Shown here in pieces: positions 41,201 through 53,028 of a DNA stretch of 64,000 nt (its first letter is position 1; every line of letters starts with the position of its first letter). Made by a program: the position numbers and the translations under genes. Source of the stretch: Basidiobolus meristosporus CBS 931.73 (Eukaryota > Fungi > Basidiobolomycota); NCBI GenBank assembly GCA_002104905.1, contig MCFE01000094.1:110872-174871 (forward strand), given 5' to 3'. The notes under the pieces were generated by a model. The model saw only the letters and a list, made by a program, of their open reading frames with translations, searched no databases and was not told the DNA's origin.

Positions 41201-43454
41201 GAGTGGAGAATTGATATCCAGTAACATTCCAGAGGTCCAGATGAGAAGCCTCCATAAGGTGGCATTATCTGCTGGCGCAGGGCTCCGTCACGCTGTATTG
41301 GGCAAAACCTACCTATTTACATATCACGACCTGTTTCGTCTGTTCATGACGGTGATTGCCTACGATCCTAGCTCAATCCGATCTGAGCAATTCCTGAAGG
41401 TTTTATCCAGCCTTCTGCCGTTGTTTGTCGAGAAGAGCGCATCACTGAGAAATTTTGCCGTAGAAGGGATTTCGGCACTCATCCCGGTGTTTTTGAAGTT
41501 TTCCCGGGGCACCAAATCCTCCCATTCCGAGAAACCATTTGGCAATATGCAGTCCGACAGCACGGGGTTCTTCAATGACCATCTTAATGACGGCCCTCTG
41601 GCTTCGATTTTCGATGTCAACCAGAAACGCAAGAAGCATTGGCAGCACACCAACCGGATCCCTGTCAAGCTGGAATTCTTGAAGCTGATTGAGACCTACG
41701 CTGAGCTTGGGTTGCCCATTAGCAATACGCAGCGCAATGAGCTGTACCTGATAGCACGTTCGATTTTACGCGACCAATCTGCCCTCCGAAACCCTGCTTC
41801 TACAGAATGGCTCGGTAACTTCTTTTGCAGAACTCTGCTCCCTGTTACCGATCTCAACGAAGCAAAAGAATCGGTCTGTGTATTTCTTCGATTGATCGGT
41901 ATCGCATTCAGAGCATACCACAAATGCTGCGACTTTTCCGGGTTATTTCGAGGCCTGTCCCAGCTCATCAGGCACTTTGAAGATAAACTATCGACGGAAA
42001 TTTTGTACCTTCTCCGTGATAAGTTTATCGCACCCGCATTGGCGATGATAGCCCAGGAAGAGCTCGACCATGATAGTCCATCATTTGGCTTGCTATGCGA
42101 TAGCTTGGTAGCGCTTTTCATCACCATGATGGCGTTCACTCAGATCGACCTATTCCAGGAGTTGAACAAGGTTGTCCTGACTCCAACGTTCATGAAGTTC
42201 ATCCTGATTCCTATCTGTATGAAGCTCACTGTCCAGAATAGCACTGGCGTCTTGACCCCTGTGATAACTGACGCCCATCGCCACAAATACAGAGAGTACT
42301 GGTTGAGGATGATTGCCTGCCTTAAGCGAGATTGCCTTCGTCAATTGGATAAGTTATCCAAACTGTCCATGCTATCATCAAACATTCCGACGACTCCAGT
42401 GACAGAGCTGGTGAACACCACTGCCATAGACCAGTCTCTCACGCAGCACACATTCGTAACCTCGGCAATGCTGATGCTTCACTTCATCGCTTTCAAGATC
42501 ATCTTTGTTCGCGGGGAAAAGCACCTGAACGAACACCCGGAGATTTGGAAGGACATCTCGTACTTTATGAAGAAGGTCTTCTCTCAAAGTCACCTGTTAG
42601 ATGCCGAATCGAGTGGCCACTCAAACCCAACCTCCCCTCAGATTGATCCACGAGGACACCAACCGAACCTAATCGCCAAAACATCTCTCAAACCATTTGA
42701 GTATGTGATGTGGTCATTCTTCGAGTTTCTGACGCTGTACAAACACCCGCTGTTGATGTACTTCCAAGGATTTATCTCAAACAAGCTTCCGTCGAATATC
42801 GGGAGGGTAGGCTACAGAGGGATCTTAACCAGAGACCATTCCCGCTCGTCTAGTCCGCTTAGCCCGCGCGAATCATCGAGCCAACCAAAATGGCGATGCT
42901 GGGGTGGTGCTTCTATAGTTGATTCGTTCACTCGAACTGAGTCGTATGTTGGACCAGCATCCCTTACGCCAACCTACTTAGCAAACAAATCATCACCAAA
43001 CCTTTCAGCCTCTCCTATGCTTGATTGTCCATCACAAACAGCATCGAAGCCAGATAGGCAAAAGCTGACTATCCATATCCCAACTCGAGCAAATACTCCA
43101 TCTATACAGGACGCAGAGGCTCACTCCCCGCTAAGCTTCAAATCAAACACCAACCGTACCAGCTCATCTTTCTCCCCCACTACCCCACGTCGCTCGTCGG
43201 ATACTACCAATGCTGCCCTATCTACTACCAACAAGCTGACCAACCAGACTCTATCCATCATTTCAAATGTGCAGAACTTCTTTCACTGCCTTTCGAAGCC
43301 CCCAGAAATGATCAACCAATGGGATTCCTCGACAGCACTTGAGAAGCTTCGTGCGGAAACAGCCATGGTCGTTAGTTTCTTCCCCACCTTATTTGCCAAG
43401 GAGGCCTCAAACAGGCGGGAAACGCATCCCCATCCCCCAGAGTCCTCAACTTAG
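35270..43454 (+). CDS. Very large UNC80-like protein (NALCN channelosome scaffold homolog); many 5' exons then a 5-kb exon
   Basis: ORF 38424-43454 contains VSMWDCVSYFTRDDPSVFLRKYLE and VNSVLKYHGDDLGLV...LYINVSASFRRLFTSSRGYHLFVPALF...IEYAWARFYSLHEDSFILQALG, matching remembered UNC80 blocks. Upstream in-frame exons with GT-AG introns; the start is approximate. Confidence 0.72.
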
Positions 43455-44758
43455 CAACCTTTGAATAGTGCTAGCGAAAACCCCTTTGTAATCTGATAAT
43501 AGTAGGATGGGAACTGTCCGAGATGCATCGGTATCCACGAGCCCTTTTGGGAGCGGGTCCCCTCTTGTAGCCACCTCGATCCCATCCTCTCCTGTAACAT
43601 AGTATGATTTACCTCCCGGTCGGTGGAATGTCGAGATATTCGTAGAATAATGGTGTAGTTTAATAATTTAATAAATCCTATGGATAGCTGAAGATTGCGG
43701 AGCCTCACTAGAATGACAATTGGTAGGATGGGCAGTAGCACTATATAAATAAAGTCACAGCATGATCACAAGGGGAGTAGCCAGATTGCAAGTTGCTAAG
43801 CCATCCGAACCTACCAGCTAGAAATGGGAGCCTGACCTCCATGCCTCATCCAGCGCCGCCAGCAGCACTGTCGAACCACACCTGACCAGTATTCGATCCA
43901 AGGTGTCGAATAGGGATCACTTGAGTACCTTCTAGAACCGTTAGCATGGAGGTCCCTAGTCTACCCCTGAACAGATATTCCATCCCATTAACGGTGGAAT
44001 GAAAAGGCTCACCTACCACTTTGAAGTTCACTTCGATGGGTCATGCTTGCTCGTGAGAAATGCTCGAATCGGCACCCTCCTGTTAGCTTCCAGTACAAAG
44101 GAAAATGTTGACCCATGATAAATATCACCCTGCCAGATAATAGGATTCCTGTATACTGCTTGGTTCACACGTTACAACAACCAAGGATGGGGCTGTGTAT
44201 ATTTGGTCTTCCGTCTGATCACGTGACTGGGGTTGAGGATGGAGCTTGAACGAGCCTTCGACGGTTTCGCACACATTCCTGTTTTGTATGGGGTAGGAAG
44301 GGACAACAGAATACCAGATGCAACCTCACCTTTGCTGAAGTCTTCCACGAATCCCGCGCTCTATCGTTTCAACATGGTGGAGATTGCAATGGTTACTTGC
44401 ACTGGCTATCTTGTTACACGGCTTACACATGTACGCCATACCTTCCCGCCGTTACACCAAACAAATCAGATTCGCATCGCTCCTATTAGGAGGCTCGGCT
44501 CACCCACATGTGTGGTATAGACATCGCAGTCAAGTTATGATTTACGAGTAACGGTCAGGGGTCATCGAGGCGGCCGTGAGAAATACACCTAGGGTTCGAC
44601 GTAGCCAAGGATTGATTTAATTACGTTAACCAATGCTGAATGAACATAGCTATACACAGCGCATGGTATCATGAATGGGTTAAGGGAAATCATATATGAT
44701 TACAATGATTTACAAAGGTTGTGTCAAGAAAGAGCTTCGGTTCATGAGATATTTACAA

Positions 44759-45500
44759 CTATGTGAGGTGGTTGCTTCTCAAGCAGGCTCTCCCTGTTGA
44801 ACTCTTCAAGGGGGACCCTCCTTTCCGATGGGCTGTCGTCTTCCTCGGAATCGCTATCGGATGAGTCGAAGAAAGAGTCGGTACTTGAACTGAGCGTGGC
44901 GGAAGATGCCTCTGAAACGTCATCTCGATCATGAGCATAATCGCGGGTGTAGCAGTAATGCGAGGTGCATTTCAGCTCCTCCGTTTCACCTTCGGCAACG
45001 AGCTTCTCTTCGTCAGGAACAGCAATGCTGTCTTTCCACTACGGCATATCACGGACGATGGTTAGTAAACTTTGTTGCGTATGGCAATGCACAAACCCTT
45101 CTTACGATGAATAGCATGACTCCCGCCAGGAGAATTAAAAGGGGGGTGGGCTCCAGGAAGTCGGAGTAGAAGTAGAAGAGGAGCACCACGCCGAGGGTTA
45201 GGATTCCACCTTGTAAGAATCTCACTTGATCTGGCATCCTTACAATGCGAAGGAAGGAGAGCGGAGCGACCATGTTTCGCAGAAGCCACTCGCCGTATTT
45301 ATAGAAATGTGCATCGCGATTCATTCCTGCACAAATCCGATCCGTTCACCAAGCGGTGATTCACCTGGGACAGTCTTCGTGATGTACTCATTGATAGGCT
45401 CATCCCCCAACCAGCACCCACTTTACACCACTCACTTCGGTCGTTACCAGGATCGCATGATCTTGCCCCCTCTCCCCAGGCACCATATAGGCGAGTAGAA
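44759..45500 (-). CDS. Hypothetical membrane protein (two TM helices, acidic Ser-rich tail); 5' end unresolved
   Basis: ORF 45049-45324 (GGILTLGVVLLFYFYSDFLEPTPLLILLAGVMLFIVRR) splices via GTTTGT...ACTAAC...CGTAG to WKDSIAVPDEEKL...SDSDSEEDD...NHLT* (TAG at 44759). Confidence 0.5.
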
Positions 45501-46395
45501 GTATCCTTTGCATTACCCTAGCCACTTGAATCAGACGCATCGAGGTTCAGCCATTGGGGTGATATACCACTGTCACCGCACATAAATGGAAGGTGAGGGA
45601 CCAACCTCTCTCGAGTCTACGTGATTCGAACGGGTGGCGATCTCTTGTGCTGAGCCGCAACTTGTAGAGAGATCCGATGCATCACAGCATTGAGACCTTG
45701 GCAGGATCGTTCAATGAAATTGTCCAATAAGTGGGAGATATTCGCGCATGAGTCGCGGGTAGTTGTTCTGCCGTAATTGTCAATTTATTTCAAACCTTGG
45801 TAATCGCAGTGCAGGGCCATGTGACCACGCTGATTGGTTGGCTTGGTAGGGACATTACATAGAGCCGTTCTGATTGGCAGAAGCTTGATCCGCCCGGGTC
45901 TTGGTGCTGTTAGCCCGTTGATGCCCGTGCTACCTATCCTATTATTATCTCGCTGAACGCACGGCAGCAGTCCGCCGCCATGCACTCAATCCCCTCAATC
46001 AAGGGCCACAGTGGCTTTACATGCTCAGGGGATGCTGCGTTGGGACGTCCAGGAAGCCGTTGCTATAAATAGAGGCTGTTGTAAATCACCCAGAAGCAAC
46101 AACACAACGGCTTGCGTTAACGGGCTTGATGAATACGACAGCCTGATCTTACGGGCCACGAACCATCAGAGACAACCCTATGGTATATTTCCGCAGTCAG
46201 CTTAATAAAGAGCTGTAAAGGCAGATCTGTCTAACGGATGTCCCCTCCAAGGCAGCTATTGAATCGAATCTCATCCCGAAATCCATTCATATTAGTCGTT
46301 TTTATTGTAGATCGTTTATAATAGATTAGATAAGATTGCCTAGGATTTCATGTTGTGTGATGTGCGGGGGAGATTGCAAGAGGGTAGGGTTGGCG

Positions 46396-49141
46396 TTAGC
46401 GCTTCTCGTATCTGTCGTCGTAATCCGGTACAGGGAACATCGGAGGGTTTTGGAACCCTTGCGGATTCGGGTATTGCCCGTATCCATAGTCGAATTCGTC
46501 TGGCATCGGCATCCCCATGGCTGGGAATGAAGTTCCGTTCATTCCTCCCCCGAAACGAGGTGGTTCAGGGAAAGGTGTAGGCAAAGCCATGTAGGAATTG
46601 GGCATGGGTGACGCCGAATATGCGCCGTGATTTCCGGATGAGGGAAACGCCTCTGGCATGGTTGGACGGCTCGCGTTCCAATCAGGCATCTATGGTCAAC
46701 ATGTTAGCTAACAGAGAACACTCCTCATTCTTGTGTAAATCAACTTACTCTAGCTGGGAAATATTGAGTCCCATTAACCCCTCCATATGCGCTTGCATCT
46801 GGTTCAACAGAACTACCAGGCCGGGATGCGTGTGATCCCTGCGACGGGCTGTAGGAGTTTTTGCTTGGGGTCTGGTTTTGACGACTAGGAAGGGGTGGCG
46901 TATTCTGGGTGGGCCTACTTGGAAGTGGTGGTGAAGGCCGCTGTAGGGTGTGTACATGTGGTGGAGATATTTTTTGTATCGGTATCCTTGGCGCCGGGGT
47001 AGGATACTGTTGGGCAGGAGAAGGAGGAAGTGGAGGTGAAGGCTGTGGAACAGGAGGGCGTGTAAGCGTCGAGTAGTTTGGCATTGGTGGGCGCGAATGT
47101 GGCGATGAAGGCTGCTGTCCAGAGTGCGGAGAAAATGGTAAGGGTTGCTGCATAGGAGGCCCTGCTGGTGTAGTAGAGGGGAACTGTTGTAAAGGAGGTC
47201 GATTCTGAGGAGGGAATGGCCGCGCCGAGGGATTTGGGAAGGATGGTGATTCATGCAATGGTGGGGCGGAGGGAAGTGGATTGTATTGTGCTTTGGGACC
47301 ATTCAACAACCCTAGAGGAGGAGAATAGCTGGATGAGACTCGCCCAGGCTGAGCATATGGATAAGGGTCAGTTGCTGATTCCTTGGAGTCACCTGGACCG
47401 ACGTTAGAAACATTAGATGGTGTGAAGCCAGGTTGTGGGGAAGAAGCATGGCTGCTGTGGTTGGTTGGGACACGACCGGGCGGAGCGAATGGGTAAGGAC
47501 CTGTTGCTGACTGCTTGGAGTCGGATGCCCCCGGAGGTGCAAAGTTGGGCTGTGGCGAGGAAGTGGGAGATGGAGTCACAGGAGAGTAGTTTGTCGGAGT
47601 TCTTCCAGGCTGAACAAATGGATAGGGACCTGCTACTGACTGCCTAGAGTCAGATGGGCTAACATTGGAAAGACTATGTGCGGGACCAGGCGGTGTAAAG
47701 TTAGGCTGTGGTGTAGAAGTGGGAGAGGGAGCCTCATGAGAATAGTTGGACGGAACTCGTCCAGGCTGAGCATATGGGTAAGGGCCTGCTACTGACTGCC
47801 TAGAGTCGGGTGGGCTAACGTTGGAAGGATTTTGTGTAGGTCCAGGTGGTGCAAAGTTGGGTTGTGGCGTGGATGTAGGGGAGGGAGCCTCATTTGAGTA
47901 ATTTGTCGGAGCTCTTCCAGACTGAACAAATGAATAAGGGCCTGTTCCTGACTGATTAGGGTTAGTTGGACTAGCATTCGAAAAGTTGTGGATAGCTCCT
48001 GGCGGTGTAAAGTCAGGTTGTGGCGTGGAAGTAGGAGAGCCATTGGAATGGTTTGTTGACACTCGTCCGGGTTGAGCAAATGGATAAGGGCCTGTTGGTG
48101 GCTGATTAGGGCCATTTGGGCTGGCATTCGAAAGATTGTGGATCGCTCCTGGTGGTGTGAAGCCAGGCGGTGACGTGGAGGTAGGAGCTCCATGAGAATA
48201 ATTTGTGGTAGCTTGTCCAGGCTGGGCAAATGGATAAGGACCTGCTCCTGACTGTTTAGAGTCAGCTGGGCTAACATTGGATAAATTGTGCATAGGTCCG
48301 GGCGGTGTAAAATTAGGTTGTGGCGTCGATGCGGAAGCATCATGAGGAAGTAACGGCTTCACAGGTGGAGTTGCCAGCGGAGAGCTTTGGCTAGCCTGTG
48401 TTCCTTGAAGATTGGGATGCACCGGCAGCTCGCTTGAGGTTGGAGTACTTATCGGAGAAGGAGTACCAGTTTCAGCCAGTTTTGGGTTAGCTACATTACC
48501 GTTAGTAATGCTTGGACCTGGGGGTGGGGTATTGACTTTCGGATTAGTAGGGTTGGCTACAGCAGGCTTTGCTGGTAATTTGATAGGCACTGGTGCGAAA
48601 AAGGCAGGCTTCTTTGTTGGATCGAAGGGTTTGTGTGAGCCATCCTTTGAAAGCCTCGGATTAGTCATAGACACTACCACAGTAGAAGTCATTTCAACCA
48701 CTTACCGCTGGGTAGTAAGTAAATTCCAGATAAATCTCACCCGCAGGAATGTTCTTGTGGTTGTTGGTCAGAGGGAACCAAGCTATGTATAAGGTTAGTA
48801 CTACCTCCTAACAAAGATTTCTGAAAAAGCCTACCGTCATGTGTATGTTGTTCAAGAACCTTTTTTAGCTCTACAACCACTTCGCCAATGTATGCGTGAG
48901 ACCTCAAGTTTTCATCGTAACACTGAATGCCTAGCTTCTCCCGGCCTTCTACAATCTTGAAGGTCACTACTTCGTTCCAGGCTGGCTTTTGTCCACCGTT
49001 GTTGTCCGCACGTATGCGTTGGGTGGTTGCATTGTATTCAAATTGTAAAAAAGGATCTTGCTTTCCAATTTTTTGAACAACCAGCAAATCACGACCACTA
49101 CAGCATTTAACTTCCAAGGTACCTTTTACCTTAGCGGCCAT
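46396..49141 (-). CDS. N-terminal C2 domain plus long Pro-rich region (Inn1/Fic1-like cytokinesis protein architecture); multi-exon
   Basis: MAAKVKGTLEVKCCSGRDLL...KQDPF...GGQKPAWNEVVTF...YIGEVVVELK...GWFPL...AGEIYLEFTYY is a C2 domain, followed by PXXP-rich ORFs 46740-48701 and 46396-46689. Confidence 0.8.
47330..48350 (-). repeat. Coding tandem repeat: about seven ~50-aa units (~150 bp) within the C2 protein
   Basis: Unit STPQPNFTPPG..HNLSNVSP.DS.QS..GPYP[FY]AQPGR.P.NYS recurs 7 times; the last two are shortened. Confidence 0.9.
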
Positions 49142-49606
49142 CTCGTGCGTTTCAAAGGAATTCAACTAGTAAAGGGTATGCTTAAGGCTCTCGAAGTCAA
49201 GCCAAGAAAAATATGCAAGTACAATATAGATGTTCGGAATGAGAATCCCTTTAAAATAAAAGTTCACTCGATTTTATATGAGCCAATTAGGCGAAGATCT
49301 GTTGAGACATGTGAGGGCTTGAATTAATTTGCAAATTATCATACTTTCCAGAAGCGGTTTTTAGATGTGATAAATTTTCTTGGCAAGAAGAAAGGCCCAT
49401 TTTTCTAACCTAATCTCACGTTTCTGTGATTTAAACAAGATCATGGTATTCTACTTAGCTTCATGGAACATCCAATGTGCTCTACCATATCCATTCACTC
49501 AATAATTTTGCAGATCAGAAGTAGTCCTGAGGTACAGCCTTCTATTCCGCCCCGGCTGAGCTTGACACCTTGACTATTCTCACGTTGGATTAGGCCCCAT
49601 CCCTAT

Positions 49607-51093
49607 ATGCGGTTAATTGATTTTGCTTGCTTTCCGGAGTTTGGAGTCAAGCTTTCCTCCCCTAGTATAGCTAGAGATGGTCATGAACTCACAACCCTAT
49701 TGAGAACCACAAAAAGTGAAAGTATTGGCTTTCTTTGTGAAAGATTTGTAAAGCCTCCGGTGGAGATCACAATTGAGTTCAAGTAAGTATCCAAAAATTC
49801 GTCATTCATATCTGGTCTCGTAAGAGGATCGTAAAAATAAAGTGTTTCTTCAAGCTAAGGCTGCTGCTAGTCAACTCTTCTGGAATTTACTTATGTTAAA
49901 ATTTTCTGGTTCATTCCTTATTAGACATCCAATATCCTTAACCGGAATTGTTGTCAACCCGAAACTCGGTATCCATACGCTACAGGTCATAAGTTTTTCG
50001 GCAAGCGCAGGTGTTTCGTCCGAGGCAGGGAGCCAGTACACCTTCTGCGGTAAGCTAGAATATCAGGAAAACAAACTCAAGGTAGAGTGTGACACTTGTT
50101 TGAACATCTCTGCCCAAGGTCTGATGAAGGTCACCTTATTCTAGTACATTGGATGTTACAACCCAGATTTTCAGTTGGACGAAGTATATGAGGCCATGAC
50201 CAAGGCTGGTACAAAAGTAGGTACCTGGGGCACAGTCACTGCGTTTCGGTAAGGCGTTAATTTGAACTCTACTAGTGTATATCCAAGCAAGATCTGGCAC
50301 CCTTTTCGCGAGGCCTCCACGGCCTTCACAACATCAAATCGCTAAAGATCACAGTTCTGAGGGGTAAGGAGTAGTGGGCGTTTTCAGCAGTTCGCAAATA
50401 ACCGAACATATGATGTTTAGTGCAGAAATCTGGCATTCCAGGCCTCAGATACCTGGAGATCTGGGGACAGCCTTCTCGGCGTTGTGCCCTAACCCTACAA
50501 CAAAGTGTGTGGGATTGTTGGTCAGAGCGACTGCAGGAGATCCAACAGTCCTCACAGGATGATGAGGACCTCCCTGAATTCACCGACCCCTTCTTAACCA
50601 GCGGCGGCCTGCGATTATTGAATTCCAGCCAGAACTACCGCACCCATGCAAAGAAAAGGCCCAGAGTAGATACTCCCAAGATAGACGCCATTCCGAACGA
50701 ATTTTTGGATGCCATCACATTTGAATTAATGAGCGACCCAATCACCCTACCGTCTGGCAACATATGTGATCGACAAACAAATATCCTTTTGGTCTTTACC
50801 TCACCTCCTTTCCATCTATTTGTTCCCTTCTGAGCATTTATCTTTGACCAGTTCGTGGCCTTCCACTAGTCCGCCATCTGGAAACGCAGGCCAATGATCC
50901 TTTCACAAGACTACCCATGTCTTTGAAGGATCTAACCTCCAACATCCTCTTGAAGAACAGAATCGCCAAATGGTCCCTTGATTCTGTTGCCAAGGAACAG
51001 GCGTCGCCGGACGAAGAACCAGCCCTGGCCGTCTGCTCCAATCAGGCTTCCGAAGGCTCCCTACCCTCGTCTCTCTCCTCGCAATCCTCGTGA
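49607..51093 (+). CDS. U-box E3 ubiquitin ligase, UBOX5/RNF37-like; multi-exon, one AT-AC intron
   Basis: N-terminus MRLIDFACFPEFGVKLSSPSIARDGHELTTLL...GFLCERFVKPPVEITIEF resembles UBOX5. U-box IPNEFLDAITFELMSDPITLPSGNICDRQT|IVRHLETQANDPFTRLPM...LKNRIAKW is restored only by splicing 50781-50866. Confidence 0.82.
50781..50866 (+). other. U12-type (minor spliceosome) AT-AC intron
   Basis: Donor |ATATCCTTTT; branch-point-like TCTTTGAC at 50841-50848; acceptor CCAC|. Removal gives in-frame DRQTIVRHL...DPFTR (U-box consensus). Confidence 0.88.
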
Positions 51094-51369
51094 ATTCCGG
51101 ATAAATGTATATGCTAATCATGTGAAATATTCCAGGCTTTTTTCTCCAATAAAGCCCAGATTTTCCATTTTCCATTTTCCATTCGCAGCGTGGCCCTTGG
51201 GCCGGACATATTGGGAAGAGGGATCACCCCTACATCTCAACTGGAATATGTGGTGGCCATTGGGCGGAAATCATGAGCACAATTCATGTTGAACATGCAT
51301 ACCACGGACACTCTTTTGAAGTAAACTTCATATTCGGCTTTTTTGAGAACCTAGAAGGCCTCCTGGACG

Positions 51370-52200
51370 ATGTCGGCATTACTTTTTCTCCTGGTAATTT
51401 TTCTATTCTTTGGGCTGACTATTCCGCTAGTGGCTTACTTTCAGCCGAGATTGGCTGTCCAGTTGTTGAGTTCGCGCTTCCCATCTGTCTATTTCCATTT
51501 CCCAACTTTGTTTGAAAATTCCCCGCCCGTTGTTGCTTTAACTATTGATGATGCGGTATCGGCGAATACTCCCAAAATATTAAACATCCTAAACAGATAC
51601 TCGGCCAAGGCTACCTTCTTTGTTATTGGCTCCAATGTCGTGGAATATCGCGAAAGACAAGCCGACGGAGAGGAGGATCTTTTGCGTAGGATCTTGAAGG
51701 GGGGTCACGAATTAGGAAACCACATGTGGAGGGATGAGCCTTCGATCAACTTGAGTCCCGGGGCATTCAAGAGCCAGCTGCAGGCCGTAGATGATATTGT
51801 GGAAGGAGCGTATCGTGGGCAGGGAGGAATGTCGTTGACAAACCAAGCCTTCGAGACTCAGGACAATGTCCAATATCTAGAGACGTCTCGCAGGATGAAA
51901 TGGTTTAGACCTGGAAGTGGCTGGTTCAATTCGGACATGTTGGCCACGCTTGATTCCTATGGATATCGTCTTGCACTGGGGGATATTTACCCACATGACC
52001 CGCTGATCACATCGTCAAGGATGAATTCGTGGTATGTGCTAAAGAGAGTGCATTCGGGAGGAATTATCATTCTGCATGATCGAAATCATACATTACAGAC
52101 GTTGGAGGCTATTCTACCAGCCCTACAGCTTCGTGGATACAAAGTTGTTACGTTGTCGGAGATGGTGGCAATGCACGAGGCCAAGAAGAGATCCACGTAA
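51370..52200 (+). CDS. Carbohydrate esterase family 4 (NodB) polysaccharide/chitin deacetylase-like, N-terminal membrane anchor; single exon
   Basis: ALTIDDA, ATFFVIG, HELGNHMW, WFRPGSG, GGIIILHD and GYKVVTLSE motifs. Confidence 0.92.
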   Translation: MSALLFLLVIFLFFGLTIPLVAYFQPRLAVQLLSSRFPSVYFHFPTLFENSPPVVALTIDDAVSANTPKILNILNRYSAKATFFVIGSNVVEYRERQADGEEDLLRRILKGGHELGNHMWRDEPSINLSPGAFKSQLQAVDDIVEGAYRGQGGMSLTNQAFETQDNVQYLETSRRMKWFRPGSGWFNSDMLATLDSYGYRLALGDIYPHDPLITSSRMNSWYVLKRVHSGGIIILHDRNHTLQTLEAILPALQLRGYKVVTLSEMVAMHEAKKRST

Positions 52201-53028
52201 GCTAGCTGGAAGAAGGGAGGTCCTCGGAGTTCCGGTAAGCTCAGATCTGGTCACGAAGCATCTACTGCGGTGTGTCCAGCATACTGGTTCGTAGCAATCA
52301 ATAAATCGCAAGTTGACATCCTCTAGCTGTGGCGTCTGATATGTTTGGCCCTCCGAGCTTTCGATACTTGATCTCACAATGTTTAGAATGAATCCCAGCT
52401 AAGGATTGAAAGATCAAGCCACCTGCCTTCAAGTTAGCGAATCAATTGTGAATTCTGCGGGAGTCACCAGGCAGACCGACAGTGCGGTAATGACTAATTA
52501 AGTGTCATGATATACACTCCAATTACTGTCACCATCGTTACGCAGAGATCACTCTGCGCTGGGTGGATCAGGGTTTAACTAGGGTTAGAGTGGCTCACCG
52601 TGGAGATTATAGATCATTGCACTCCAAATGCCTCGGCGGTAGTCCCGTCCAACACCCCGACCAGCTGATGCTGTGGGATTGCGGCCAGCTTTTGCACGAC
52701 GAGAGATGGCCCGGATATTGTTGCGCCACCATGATTGTTGTTTGAAGTGGTCAAGTTGCCTGCAGTTAATGCGGATCTCAGTTGCTACTGCTATTTGAAC
52801 TCAGATGCTTAATACATTTTCCTGCCCAATGCGAGTAAGAGAAAAGTAACATTAAATTAAGACATCATTAGTTCCCTACTGTTATGGTAATTTGTTCTTG
52901 GCAAAAGGATTCTGTGACTATATATTAATTATACTAAATGCGATATGCCCTGCTTGGCGAGCAGCATCACCTAAGAGCAAAGTGTTTAAAAGTCGTAAGA
53001 TTGATATGACCTATAACCAAAAAATACC

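Noticed and set aside
43846-44520. Possible small spliced gene on the minus strand
   Set aside because: Only speculative exon joins; no family motif and stops in all frames.
45623-45631. B-box-like GTTCGAATC on the minus strand
   Set aside because: No matching A-box or cloverleaf nearby.
47330-48350. CRISPR-like or non-coding repeat array
   Set aside because: The repeats are in frame, degenerate at the codon level and lie within a coding exon of a eukaryotic gene.
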